Shown here: one piece after another, positions 1 to 8,990 of the stretch
Layout: each line of letters opens with the position of its first letter
How positions within the stretch are numbered: position 1 is the stretch's first letter
Assembly (NCBI GenBank): GCA_043736905.1
Contig: JAYTBQ010000043.1
Location: 1 to 32,394 of the forward strand
DNA: 32,394 nt
Source: Minisyncoccota bacterium
GTDB lineage: Bacteria; Patescibacteriota; Minisyncoccia; Phycocordibacterales; UBA5272
Direction of reading: 5' to 3'
Notes under the pieces: model-generated
What the model was told of the DNA's origin: nothing
The model's input: the letters and a program-made list of their open reading frames with translations, nothing else
The model's database searches: none
Translations under genes and position numbers: made by a program

Positions 1-217
1 TGTAAGTGATGTTTTAGTGTTGGTATATCAATTGTATACATAGTTATAGTATATCAATTGTGGGGATTGAGGGAAGAGGTTAGTTGGGGATGGTATTATG
101 ACGACGAACCGTAAAAGGTTAATAGGCAGTATTTCTTCCTTCATGAGGGAGAGTGTGCCATGTTGTATTCATTAGGTAATATTGGCACCATATGTGTCAC
201 AAGTACTTGCTGTCACT

Positions 218-226
218 TGTTATAGT
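218..226 (+). promoter_or_regulatory. extended -10 promoter element (TGtTATAGT) upstream of 301..1284
   Basis: TGnTAnnnT match. It lies inside a 17-nt block, ttgttatagtaagtaca (217..233), that recurs at 7019..7035 upstream of another secreted-protein gene. Confidence 0.4.
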
Positions 227-300
227 AAGTACAGGGGAAGGTCTATTATTGTTATGAACCTACATAATGTATTTCAATGCCAGTCACTAATTAACTTATT

Positions 301-1284
301 ATGAACAAAAAAATCATCTATTCTTTATCACTTTTTATCATTGCTTCTGTTCAGATGACAAGTGCACTACAGCCGATAGAAACGGTAAGGTATTTTAATG
401 GCCCTACTGTTTCTAAGATAGAAACAACCTCGGCAACTGTTTCCCTTAGTCCTGGGGTTCTCTCTGGTGTGTCTGATGATGAAAAGAGGGAATTGTATTT
501 TGAGTATTACGAAACAGAAAAAGTGTGTATAGCAATCTACCCAACACCAGAAGCATGTCTTCCTAAGAAAACTATAAAAGGTGAGCAGTCTATGAAACTT
601 AGTAATCTTTCTCCAAAGACTTCATATACGGTTGTTTACAAAAAAGATAATACCATACGTTGCATTACAACTCCCTGTCCTGAAAATAGTTTTCAAAGTC
701 TCTCTGTTACCTTTGTAACAAAGGTATTGAATGATACTACAGAAAGTGTGGTGGTAACAATAAATCTACGGTATAGAAATTATGGGGATCAGGTTATTGC
801 ACTTCAAAATATTCTCATTAAGCAAGGGCACCTTACTAGTCAAGCGACTGGATATTTTGGAGTACTAACTCTTAAGGCGGTAAAAGATTTTCAAAGAGCT
901 AATGAAATTACACCAACTGGTTTTGTTGGCCCACTTACCCGTGCTGCCCTTGAAAGGGTGGTTGGTAATCCTTCTTTTCCAGTGGCAAAAAAATTCGAAG
1001 GGACTGTTACTGGGTATTCTACAGGATGCTTTTCAGATGGAATCTGTAGTATAAGCGTTGATGGTAAAAAAATAATTACTACAATTGGCAGATCACAAGA
1101 GATTCTTGGAAAGGTTCTTGGTATTCCTGATTTTAGTGCAATAGAAAATAATATCGGAGCTCATGCAAAAGTGTATGCAAAAAAAGTTGAAGATGGCTAT
1201 ACATTATATGGTGATGCTGACTATTATATAGAGGTGATTCCAAAGGGTGGAGTGGCTTCTACGACGTCAGTATACATGCCATAG
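301..1284 (+). CDS. secreted protein with central peptidoglycan-binding (PG_binding_1-like) domain
   Basis: N-terminal signal peptide MNKKIIYSLSLFIIASVQMTSA. An Fn3-like segment is present (SATVSL...LSNLSPKTSYTVVY). The PG-binding repeat signature is GDQVIALQNILIKQGHL...GYFGVLTLKAVKDFQRANEITPTGFVGPLTRAAL. Confidence 0.75.
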   Translation: MNKKIIYSLSLFIIASVQMTSALQPIETVRYFNGPTVSKIETTSATVSLSPGVLSGVSDDEKRELYFEYYETEKVCIAIYPTPEACLPKKTIKGEQSMKLSNLSPKTSYTVVYKKDNTIRCITTPCPENSFQSLSVTFVTKVLNDTTESVVVTINLRYRNYGDQVIALQNILIKQGHLTSQATGYFGVLTLKAVKDFQRANEITPTGFVGPLTRAALERVVGNPSFPVAKKFEGTVTGYSTGCFSDGICSISVDGKKIITTIGRSQEILGKVLGIPDFSAIENNIGAHAKVYAKKVEDGYTLYGDADYYIEVIPKGGVASTTSVYMP

Positions 1285-1316
1285 TCATTGACGGTATCAC
1301 ACACTGAATGATTATT

Positions 1317-1325
1317 TGGTACACT
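1317..1325 (+). promoter_or_regulatory. extended -10 box (TGgTACACT) 7 nt upstream of the ATG at 1333; possible leaderless start
   Basis: TGnTAnnnT match. Only 7 nt separate it from the start codon and there is no SD-like purine run. Confidence 0.45.
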
Positions 1326-1332
1326 CTTCTTT

Positions 1333-2328
1333 ATGAAGAAGTTATTATATGGTTTCCCTTTGATTTTGACTTTGTTGTTCCTATTTTTTGCAGCAAATAG
1401 TAGCAATTTTGTTGCTGGTGAAAATAAGAATGGAGACGTGAGTAATGGTCCTCTTATTGCACAAGACATAGATCGTACTATGCTTACTAAAGACAGTAAG
1501 GAGGACATCCCTAAAGAGGTTACCGTTATTGCTGTTGGGGATATGATGTTTGATCGGTATATTCGTCAGGTTGCTAATAAAAAAGGAGAGGAATTTCTTT
1601 TTTCTTGTATTGATCCTCTACTTAAAAAGGCAGATCTGGTTATTGGAAATCTAGAAGGTCCAATAACTACTCTTCCTTCAACAAGTATGGGGACGCGTGT
1701 TGGAAGTCCAGAGAATTATTATTTTACATTTCCAACTACCACCGCTGCATTACTTTTTCGTCACAATATTAAACTTGTGAATATTGGGAATAATCATATT
1801 AGTAATCAAGGGAGAGAGGGTATTGCTTCAACAAAAAAATACCTTTCAGATGCGGGTGTTAACTATGTTGGTGGCCTTGCCGGCGACAACGCACTTCACG
1901 TTGAGAATATTAATGGCACGAATCTTGCTTTTGTTAGTTATAACCAATTTAAAGGTGATACCGCTGAGGTTGTCGCGGAGATTATCAAAGAAGAACATGC
2001 CACTGGGAAAATTGTTATCGTGTATGCCCACTTTGGGGATGAGTATGTTGATACACCGGAATATGTTAAGCAAACAGCGCGGCTGTTTGCAGAGAGTGGG
2101 GCTGATATTATTATCGGATCACATCCTCATGTGGTCCTTCCTCATGAAATGATTGGTGATACTTTTGTATATTATTCACTGGGGAATTTTATATTTGATC
2201 AATATTTTGAACCCCGTGTTATGAAGGGGCTCGCGCTTACTATATATATCACAAATGAAAAGATACGTATTAAGGAGATTCCTGTAGTGCTTGGAAAAGA
2301 TGGGAGAACCTGTCCAGTATCTCAATGA
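1333..2328 (+). CDS. CapA-family (PGA_cap) metallophosphatase-like protein, membrane anchored
   Basis: N-terminal hydrophobic anchor. Calcineurin-like/CapA motifs are present: VGDMMFDRY, GNLEGP, NIGNNH, YAHFGDEY, GSHPHVV, YSLGNFIFDQ. Confidence 0.8.
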   Translation: MKKLLYGFPLILTLLFLFFAANSSNFVAGENKNGDVSNGPLIAQDIDRTMLTKDSKEDIPKEVTVIAVGDMMFDRYIRQVANKKGEEFLFSCIDPLLKKADLVIGNLEGPITTLPSTSMGTRVGSPENYYFTFPTTTAALLFRHNIKLVNIGNNHISNQGREGIASTKKYLSDAGVNYVGGLAGDNALHVENINGTNLAFVSYNQFKGDTAEVVAEIIKEEHATGKIVIVYAHFGDEYVDTPEYVKQTARLFAESGADIIIGSHPHVVLPHEMIGDTFVYYSLGNFIFDQYFEPRVMKGLALTIYITNEKIRIKEIPVVLGKDGRTCPVSQ

Positions 2329-2417
2329 TATTCCCACAAGGGTGTCCATTTGGTGGACGTGTAACATGGTGTACACTGCATGAATAATACTAGTATTAAC
2401 CTAATGACATTGCACCT

Positions 2418-3599
2418 ATGAATAAAGACAGTATCAATATCACGTGCCCTAATTGTCATCAAGAAATATCTATTGATGATGTATTGACACATCAGATTGA
2501 GGCAGGGCTACAAAAAGAGTATGAGGAAAAAGAGAAGCTTTTTAAGATAAATCTTGAAAAACAAATGTCTCAAAATCTTCTTGAGAAAGAAGAAGCTTTT
2601 AAGAAGCAGGTAAAAGTAGATCTAGAAAAAGAATCCGCTTCAGAAAAGAAATACCTTGAAGAGCAACTCGCAGAGAAAGATCAGAAGCTTAAGGATGCTA
2701 ATCAGAAGGAGCTTGAACTTCGTAAAGAAAAGCAAAAGTTAAAAGATGAGAAGGATGCTTTTGAAATTGAAAAAGTAAGACAGATGGATGATGAGAGGAA
2801 GACGATTGAAGAAGATGCATCACGCAAAGCCACTGAAGCCCAGCAGTCACGAATTGATCAGCTCTCAAAGCAACTATCGGACGCAACAAAGGCAAAAGAT
2901 GAACTTGCTCGCAAACTCGAACAAGGGTCTCAGCAGACACAAGGTGAAGTCCAAGAAATTATTCTTGAAGAGCTTCTTCGGACTGAATTTATCCATGATG
3001 ACATCTCGCCAGTTGCTAAAGGGGTAACGGGAGCAGATGTTGTGCAGATAGTAAAGACGAGAAATGGAATTGTTTGTGGAACAATTATTTGGGAGTCGAA
3101 GAAAACAAAAGTATGGTCAGATAGTTGGATTCAGAAGTTAAAAGAAGACCAGCGAAGTAGTAAGGCTGATATCGCCGTCATTGTTTCCTCAGCACTTCCT
3201 CAGGGTGTAACTGGTATAGTTCTGCGTGATGGCGTATGGGTGTGTGATATTAAACTTGCTATATCAATAGCAACAGCACTAAGGCAAACACTTGAAGCCA
3301 TTGCAAAAGAAAAGTCGACGTCTGTTGGAAAAGATGAAAAAATGGAAATCCTTTATCATTATCTGACGGGGAATGAGTTCAAGCAAAGAATAGAAGCCAT
3401 TGTTGAAGTTTTTTCAACCATGAAGATGTCACTGGATAAAGAAAAGATATACTTTGAAAAATCATGGGCAGAAAAAGAAAAACAGATTCAGAAGGTGATT
3501 AAAAATACTGTTGGCATCTATGGTGATCTAAGTGGTGTTGTCCAGTTGCAGAAAATCGATTCACTTGAATTGAAAGATCCAGACAGTGATAGTCTGTAG
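2418..3599 (+). CDS. DUF2130-family protein: N-terminal zinc ribbon, long coiled coil, C-terminal PD-(D/E)xK-like nuclease fold
   Basis: The zinc ribbon motif CPNCHQEISIDD is followed by about 170 aa of K/E-rich coiled coil. The nuclease-like motif is GADVVQ...IIWESKKT (D207, E226, K228). Confidence 0.7.
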   Translation: MNKDSINITCPNCHQEISIDDVLTHQIEAGLQKEYEEKEKLFKINLEKQMSQNLLEKEEAFKKQVKVDLEKESASEKKYLEEQLAEKDQKLKDANQKELELRKEKQKLKDEKDAFEIEKVRQMDDERKTIEEDASRKATEAQQSRIDQLSKQLSDATKAKDELARKLEQGSQQTQGEVQEIILEELLRTEFIHDDISPVAKGVTGADVVQIVKTRNGIVCGTIIWESKKTKVWSDSWIQKLKEDQRSSKADIAVIVSSALPQGVTGIVLRDGVWVCDIKLAISIATALRQTLEAIAKEKSTSVGKDEKMEILYHYLTGNEFKQRIEAIVEVFSTMKMSLDKEKIYFEKSWAEKEKQIQKVIKNTVGIYGDLSGVVQLQKIDSLELKDPDSDSL

Positions 3600-3635
3600 T
3601 TTGTTTGTGGTAGTAAGCTATTTGTTGTATATCTT

Positions 3636-3644
3636 TGCTATACT
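3636..3644 (+). promoter_or_regulatory. extended -10 box (TGcTATACT) 6 nt upstream of the ATG at 3651; probable leaderless start
   Basis: TGnTAnnnT match. A 6-nt gap places the predicted TSS on the A of the ATG. Confidence 0.5.
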
Positions 3645-3650
3645 GTAGTT

Positions 3651-4208
3651 ATGAAACATTTAAAAACATATGTGGCTTTGGTAAGTATCTCTTTTCTTGC
3701 ACTTTTTGGTTTTTTTATTACTCGACAAAAGGTGCACGCTCCTGATATTGTTGCTTGTACAGAAGAGGCGAAGCTATGTTCTGATGGTAGTGCAGTTGGA
3801 AGAGCTGGTCCACTCTGTGAGTTTGCAGAGTGTCCGTCATCAATGGCTGCAACAACGTCTACTTCAGTGAAACCACCTGTTGTTAAACCTCTAACTGGAA
3901 ATACTTTTGTTACTTCACTTAATAAAAAGATAAGCTCTCAAGGTGTCTCTCTTACTCTTTTACAAGTCATAGAAGATAGTCGTTGTCCGGCTGAAGTGAC
4001 TTGTATTCAAGCGGGAGTTGTTCGTGTAAAAGGGGAGCTTGTGGGAGTGAAAGGTAAAGAAGTGGTTACTTTGTCACTTGGCATGCCATACCTGTTTTCG
4101 GGTACTCGTATCACACTGGTTGCTGTAACACCGAAGAAGTCAGTCAAAAAAGAAATAGATCCGTCGCTGTACCGATTCGAGATAAAAATAGTGAAGGCTG
4201 TTTACTAA
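3651..4208 (+). CDS. membrane-anchored/secreted protein of unknown function with Cys-rich CTEEAKLCSDGSAVGRAGPLCEFAECP module
   Basis: N-terminal TM/signal anchor (YVALVSISFLALFGFFI). The Cys-rich module is followed by a beta-rich C-terminal domain that contains a further Cys pair. Confidence 0.7.
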   Translation: MKHLKTYVALVSISFLALFGFFITRQKVHAPDIVACTEEAKLCSDGSAVGRAGPLCEFAECPSSMAATTSTSVKPPVVKPLTGNTFVTSLNKKISSQGVSLTLLQVIEDSRCPAEVTCIQAGVVRVKGELVGVKGKEVVTLSLGMPYLFSGTRITLVAVTPKKSVKKEIDPSLYRFEIKIVKAVY

Positions 4209-4217
4209 GCCATATTC

Positions 4218-4889
4218 ATGAGTGGTTCTCAAGCTATAAACATTGTTAGGTCAAAACGAAGGTCAATAGCTCTTGTTGTTGATGCACAAGCTGTCCTTAC
4301 TGTGCGAGCTCCGCATGGGATTTCACTACGGTATATTGAACAACTAGTTGCAAAAAAAGAACATTGGATTAGAGAGAAGCAAGCACAAATCCTCTCACGG
4401 CCACATGCTCCGTATAAGAAAGAATATAAAGAAGGAGAAATATTCTTGATTACAGGGAAACCGTATACGTTTACTTTTTCAGATAACCACCATATCGAAG
4501 CCCTTGAGAATAAAATTCTTTTTCCAAGAAAGTTTTTGAAGGACCCTCACCATTATATGGTTACTTGGTATAAGCGTATAGCGCTACAAGTACTCAAGGA
4601 GCGTGTGGAGCTATATAGTACAAAAACAGGATTGCGATGTTCTAAGGTCAAAATAACAAGCGCGACAACAAGGTGGGGGTCATGTAGTTCATCTGGGTCC
4701 ATTAACTTCACGTGGAGACTTGTTATGGCACAGATTGATGCAATTGACTATGTTGTTGTACATGAACTTGCCCACATCAATGAAAAGAATCATTCATCAC
4801 GATTTTGGTCTAGTGTCGAAAGTATTCTTCCAGACTATAGAGTGCAAGAAAAATGGCTAAAAGATAACCAGCAAATGTTTACGCTGTAG
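4218..4889 (+). CDS. YgjP-like (DUF45 / M48-related) zinc metallopeptidase
   Basis: WGSCSSSGSINFTWRLVMAQIDAIDYVVVHELAHINEKNHSSRFW, containing the HExxH-type motif HELAH. Confidence 0.8.
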   Translation: MSGSQAINIVRSKRRSIALVVDAQAVLTVRAPHGISLRYIEQLVAKKEHWIREKQAQILSRPHAPYKKEYKEGEIFLITGKPYTFTFSDNHHIEALENKILFPRKFLKDPHHYMVTWYKRIALQVLKERVELYSTKTGLRCSKVKITSATTRWGSCSSSGSINFTWRLVMAQIDAIDYVVVHELAHINEKNHSSRFWSSVESILPDYRVQEKWLKDNQQMFTL

Positions 4890-6156
4890 CTGGTAGTGAC
4901 TGTATATATTCTGCTGCGCTTGACCCTGCTACGAATCCTGTTGTCCAGCAGAGCTGTAGACTGTACCCACCTGAAGGCCTATCAATATTAAGGGCGTCAC
5001 CTACAATAAAGAGATTGGGGTATTTTGATGACTGCATTGTTTTGAAATTGATTTCACGCAAGTCGACTCCTCCACTTGTAATAATTGCCTTATCTTCACC
5101 CATTAATCCTGTGACCGTCATTGGTAAATTTTTAATCAAACGAACGATGGTGAGTCGTTCATCTTTTGAAAGAATATTCACCGGTTTTTCTGGGTCAACT
5201 CCAGATAGTTGGATAATGATTGGTGCGATTGCTTGAGGAACAATTTCTGAAAGACTATTCTTTATTTTCTTGTTTTGATGAACTTTTAGAACTTCTTGTA
5301 GTCGCTTATCAAGAATACCTGTATCTAATGATGGAGCAAGATCAAGAAGCATGGTTACTTCACCGTACTTAAGGAGTTCTCCGATATCTTTGCTCATATT
5401 GAGAATCATTGGTCCACTTAATCCAAAATGTGTAAAGAGGATTTTACCCTTATTCTTACTTTGAGGTCTATTGCTAAGGTATGTTGTAATTTTGACATCC
5501 TCAAGACTTATTCCAGAAAGGGTATGTACCCACTTGTCTTTAATAGTGATTGGAACAAGGGACGCTGAAGGTTCAATAATTGTATGACCTATGTCGTGAA
5601 GCCAATTGAAGCCTTCTCCGGTTGAGCCGGTCTCTGGTCGAGACTTTCCACCTGTTGCGAGAATGTATGATCTGGCCTTAATAATTTTCTTATCACGGAG
5701 ATTAACCGCGGTGATGAGACCATTGTCAAGTGCGAATCCTTTAACTGATGAATTATTGAGAATGGTCACTTTGTTGCTCTTGATATAGTTGACCATAACA
5801 TCAAAAACTGACTGCGCAGAATTGGAAAGTGGGAAGACTCGATTATTTGCTTCAACTTTTGTTTCCATACCATGATTGTTAAAAAAATCTACGGTATCTT
5901 TTGCAGAGAACTTTGAAAAAGGGGAGAAAAGGAATTTTTTATCATCTTTGAACTTATCAAGAAACTGTTTCATGTCGAAACAGGCGTTAGTAACATTACA
6001 ACGCCCTCCTCCAGTGATGAGAAGTTTTTTGCCAAGAGTCTCGTTCTTCTCAATGAGAACAACAGAAGCACCAAGCTCGGCAGCTTTTCCTGCAGCCATC
6101 ATTCCTGATGGACCTCCACCAATAACGGCTATGTCGTATGTGATTTCTTTTGACAT
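4879..6156 (-). CDS. HI0933/YhiN-family FAD-dependent flavoprotein (aminoacetone oxidase-like)
   Basis: Rossmann dinucleotide motif DIAVIGGGPSGMMAAGKAAELG. Family signature ITGGGRCNVTN. C-terminal motif GDALNIDRPSGGYSLQ. The gene converges on 4218..4889 with an 11-nt overlap. Confidence 0.85.
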   Translation of the reverse strand: MSKEITYDIAVIGGGPSGMMAAGKAAELGASVVLIEKNETLGKKLLITGGGRCNVTNACFDMKQFLDKFKDDKKFLFSPFSKFSAKDTVDFFNNHGMETKVEANNRVFPLSNSAQSVFDVMVNYIKSNKVTILNNSSVKGFALDNGLITAVNLRDKKIIKARSYILATGGKSRPETGSTGEGFNWLHDIGHTIIEPSASLVPITIKDKWVHTLSGISLEDVKITTYLSNRPQSKNKGKILFTHFGLSGPMILNMSKDIGELLKYGEVTMLLDLAPSLDTGILDKRLQEVLKVHQNKKIKNSLSEIVPQAIAPIIIQLSGVDPEKPVNILSKDERLTIVRLIKNLPMTVTGLMGEDKAIITSGGVDLREINFKTMQSSKYPNLFIVGDALNIDRPSGGYSLQLCWTTGFVAGSSAAEYIQSLPATA

Positions 6157-6253
6157 ATTTAAAATAGTATTGTGTATTATACAGTATTTCTGGAAAAATG
6201 AAAGAAAATAAAGTCTTTTTTAAAAGAGGTGCTTAAAAAGTAGCACTATATCA

Positions 6254-6262
6254 TGATATAGT
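6254..6262 (+). promoter_or_regulatory. extended -10 box (TGaTATAGT) 9 nt upstream of the ung ATG at 6272
   Basis: TGnTAnnnT match. It overlaps the GTG at 6263, which argues for ATG 6272 as the real start. Confidence 0.45.
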
Positions 6263-6271
6263 GTGTGTATT

Positions 6272-6940
6272 ATGCAAAGTGTAACCTTGGGTAAGGAGTG
6301 GGAAATTGCTCTTGAATCAGTCGTTCATGGTGAGTCCTTTGGAAAACTTATTGAGTTCATTGGGAAGGAATATGAACACGGAATAGTTTTTCCAAAAGAG
6401 TGTGATATCTTTAAGGCGTTTCCTATGACCCCACTTTCAAAGGTGAATGTCGTCATACTTGGGCAAGACCCATATCATGACGAAGGTCAAGCAGAAGGGC
6501 TTTCCTTTTCAGTTCCTAAGGGTATAAAAGTGCCACCATCTCTTAGAAATATGTATAAGGAAATAGAAAGTGATTGTGGCGTTGTAAAAGATAAGAATGA
6601 TGGTAACTTGGAAGAATGGGCGAAGCGGGGGGTTTTATTGCTTAACTCAGTTCTCACTGTTGCTGAGCACGCCCCTTCATCTCACAAAGGTAAAGGCTGG
6701 GAGAATTTTACTGATAGCGTTATTAAAGTAATTTCTGATAAGCAGGAACATGTTGTCTTTATGTTGTGGGGGAATTACGCAAGAAGTAAAAAGATTCTAA
6801 TAGATGAAAAAAAGCATCTCATTCTTGAGGCTCCACACCCATCACCTTTTTCTGCACGTACTGGTTTTTTTGGATGTAAACATTTTTCTACGTGTAATCT
6901 GTACCTGAAAAAGTATAATAAACAAGAAATTATTTGGTAG
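6272..6940 (+). CDS. ung: uracil-DNA glycosylase, family 1
   Basis: Family 1 UDG motifs are present: VVILGQDPYH, GLSFSV, LLLNSVLTV, EAPHPSPFS. Confidence 0.93.
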   Translation: MQSVTLGKEWEIALESVVHGESFGKLIEFIGKEYEHGIVFPKECDIFKAFPMTPLSKVNVVILGQDPYHDEGQAEGLSFSVPKGIKVPPSLRNMYKEIESDCGVVKDKNDGNLEEWAKRGVLLLNSVLTVAEHAPSSHKGKGWENFTDSVIKVISDKQEHVVFMLWGNYARSKKILIDEKKHLILEAPHPSPFSARTGFFGCKHFSTCNLYLKKYNKQEIIW

Positions 6941-7019
6941 TCTATTATTTACAGCGATTCTAAATGAAGACTCTATGGCAATAGTTTTTCAGAAAGGTGT
7001 CACAAATGGGATGCTATTT

Positions 7020-7028
7020 TGTTATAGT
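7020..7028 (+). promoter_or_regulatory. extended -10 promoter element (TGtTATAGT) upstream of 7069..8217
   Basis: The same 17-nt block is found at 217..233. It lies 40 nt upstream of the ATG. Confidence 0.4.
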
Positions 7029-7068
7029 AAGTACAAGGAAATATATTTAATAACTTATTGAAACATCT

Positions 7069-8217
7069 ATGAAAAAAACATTTATTACTACGCTCGCTCT
7101 AGGGGCCATGCTTTCATTACCACTTGCATTTGCAGAAAGTAAGGATGATATCGCCATGCCAAGCGTACCATCAGTTACTTCTGTAGGCCATGTAGAAGAA
7201 AAAGCTGAGACATTAAACGAGAGATCTCTTCGAAATGTCTCTTCTTCAACAGCACTGATTAAGTTACAGGCAAAAGGCTCAGCGCTTATCAATGAACGTA
7301 TTCGCACTATTGATTCAAATAAAGCTACAATTCTTTCAAATACAACGCTAACAACGGAACAAAAAAATTCTATTGTGACACGTCTCACAAGCGCATCTAC
7401 CGGTTTATCTATTGTTAAAAGTTCTATTGCATCGAGTACTGATGCATCAAGTACAAAAGAGCTTATCAATACAATTTTTACACGTTTTAGAATTTATGGA
7501 ATTGTAATTCCTCAAATTCGCCTAGAAAAGCGTATTTATGATCTTCAGAATTATTCAACAACACTTTCTGCTACGTTTATAAAAGTACAGACAAAGATTG
7601 ATGAAGCAAAAGCTAAGGGTAAGGACGTAACGGTGTGGCAGAAGAGTCTTGATGATGCAAAAATTCTCGTTGCTAATGATATGAATACACTTGCGATGTT
7701 GCTCCCAAAGGCTACAGGGCTTGTACCATCTGACTATGGAACATCAAGTAAGGCAACAATAAGTGCCGTCAATGCTGGAATCAAAGCTGTTCTTAAGAAT
7801 TTTAACAGCATTAAAAAAAATCTGCATAAGCCTTTGGTAATGGGTAATAGTTCACGAAAGATTGTTGGTAATGGTTCAGGGTCAGTATCTCCACTTTTTG
7901 GAACATCATGGATCTGGACGGCAGCTGCAAGTGGTACTCAGGCATTAACAGTGCCTGTAGGAAATAAATTTGTGCTTTCATTTGGAGAGGATAATCATGT
8001 CAACAGTACAACTGATTGTAATATTATGAATGGAAGTTCAAAGATTGAAGGTAATAAGCTTACCTTTGGTCCAATGGCTATGACAATGATGTATTGTGAT
8101 GGATCACAAGAGGGTGTGTATGCAGGATTACTTTCTAAGGTAACATCATATGCGGTTAATGGTACAACATTGACGCTTACTCTTGATAATGGAGTGATGA
8201 CGTTTGTAAAGAAGTAG
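7069..8217 (+). CDS. secreted protein with C-terminal META (HslJ-like) domain
   Basis: Signal peptide MKKTFITTLALGAMLSLPLAFA. The N-terminal region is helical. The META-like C-terminus reads NKFVLSFGEDNHVNSTTDCNIMNGSSKIEGNKLTFGPMAMTMMYCDG...YAVNGTTLTL. Confidence 0.75.
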   Translation: MKKTFITTLALGAMLSLPLAFAESKDDIAMPSVPSVTSVGHVEEKAETLNERSLRNVSSSTALIKLQAKGSALINERIRTIDSNKATILSNTTLTTEQKNSIVTRLTSASTGLSIVKSSIASSTDASSTKELINTIFTRFRIYGIVIPQIRLEKRIYDLQNYSTTLSATFIKVQTKIDEAKAKGKDVTVWQKSLDDAKILVANDMNTLAMLLPKATGLVPSDYGTSSKATISAVNAGIKAVLKNFNSIKKNLHKPLVMGNSSRKIVGNGSGSVSPLFGTSWIWTAAASGTQALTVPVGNKFVLSFGEDNHVNSTTDCNIMNGSSKIEGNKLTFGPMAMTMMYCDGSQEGVYAGLLSKVTSYAVNGTTLTLTLDNGVMTFVKK

Positions 8218-8240
8218 ACGACATACCATACATGAAAAAT

Positions 8241-8266
8241 AAGCTAGAGCACCTGGCTTGTTTTTC
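8241..8266 (+). terminator. intrinsic terminator in the convergent gap between 7069..8217 (+) and comF (-)
   Basis: The stem is aagctag/ctggctt (7 bp, one G-U) with loop agcac, followed by gtttttc. An A-run upstream could serve the opposite strand. Confidence 0.5.
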
Positions 8267-8305
8267 TGTATATACAATTGTTGAATCTCTTCTTGAATTT
8301 TTGTA

Positions 8306-8944
8306 CTAATGGGCTATGGTGTAGGCACAAACATTGCTTGCCCCGTGGGATAGAAGTACTTTTCTTGCTTCTTTCAGTGTTGCTCCAGTAGTTGTTACAT
8401 CATCAATGAGAATGATGGATAATCCTACCACTTGTCCTGTTACAATAAATGATCCTTTTTGATTATTGATACGCTCTTGGCGGGACGATGTCATTACTTG
8501 GCGTTTTTTGCGAGTAATTCTCTTCAGTAGTGTCGTGTGTAGCAAAATACCAGTTTCTTTTTCTATTTGCCTGGCAATTGACTCTGTATGGTTATGTCCT
8601 CGGCTGTATTGTCGCAGTAGAGGCATGGGTATTGGAACGAGGCAGTAAGAACTGTATTCACTCTTATTGGTGTTAATTTTTTCAATGAGAGCTCTTGTTA
8701 TTGGAGGAATAAGATCTTTTCTATGAAAGTATTTTATGGCGTGAATAATCTTTTTTAATGATTGGTTTTTGAAAGAATACATACTTGTTATGAATGGGTA
8801 CGGGGTATCGATCGAAAGAGATAGCTTCTGAAGACATTCAGTACATATTGTGTTTTCTTCTTTTTTACAAACAAAACAATACGAAGGGAAGAATGAAGAC
8901 AGCATTAGTGACCAAATGTATCGTAAAAAAGAAATCATCCACAT
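8306..8944 (-). CDS. comF: ComF-family (ComFC-like) phosphoribosyltransferase-fold competence protein
   Basis: N-terminal zinc finger CFVCKKEENTICTECLQKL. PRTase motif ILIDDVTTTGATLKEA. The start is trimmed to MWMISF (8944), because the longer ORF (to 9112) would overlap the pilM start. Confidence 0.8.
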   Translation of the reverse strand: MWMISFLRYIWSLMLSSFFPSYCFVCKKEENTICTECLQKLSLSIDTPYPFITSMYSFKNQSLKKIIHAIKYFHRKDLIPPITRALIEKINTNKSEYSSYCLVPIPMPLLRQYSRGHNHTESIARQIEKETGILLHTTLLKRITRKKRQVMTSSRQERINNQKGSFIVTGQVVGLSIILIDDVTTTGATLKEARKVLLSHGASNVCAYTIAH

Positions 8945-8990
8945 ACATGAAAGTGTATACAGAAAAATAGAAGAAAGATAGTATATACTA

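Noticed and set aside
1224-1508. Short ORFs nested in or antisense to long genes. Examples: 1224..1508(-), 1784..2152(+), 1846..2073(-), 2698..2940(-), 5015..5236(+), 7047..7469(-), 9057..9527(-), 21603..22051(-), 24424..25669 (various), 26028..26652, 30070..30568.
   Set aside because: They overlap well-supported genes with recognisable domains, have low-complexity or odd composition, and lack start-site context. They are typical shadow ORFs of an AT-rich genome.
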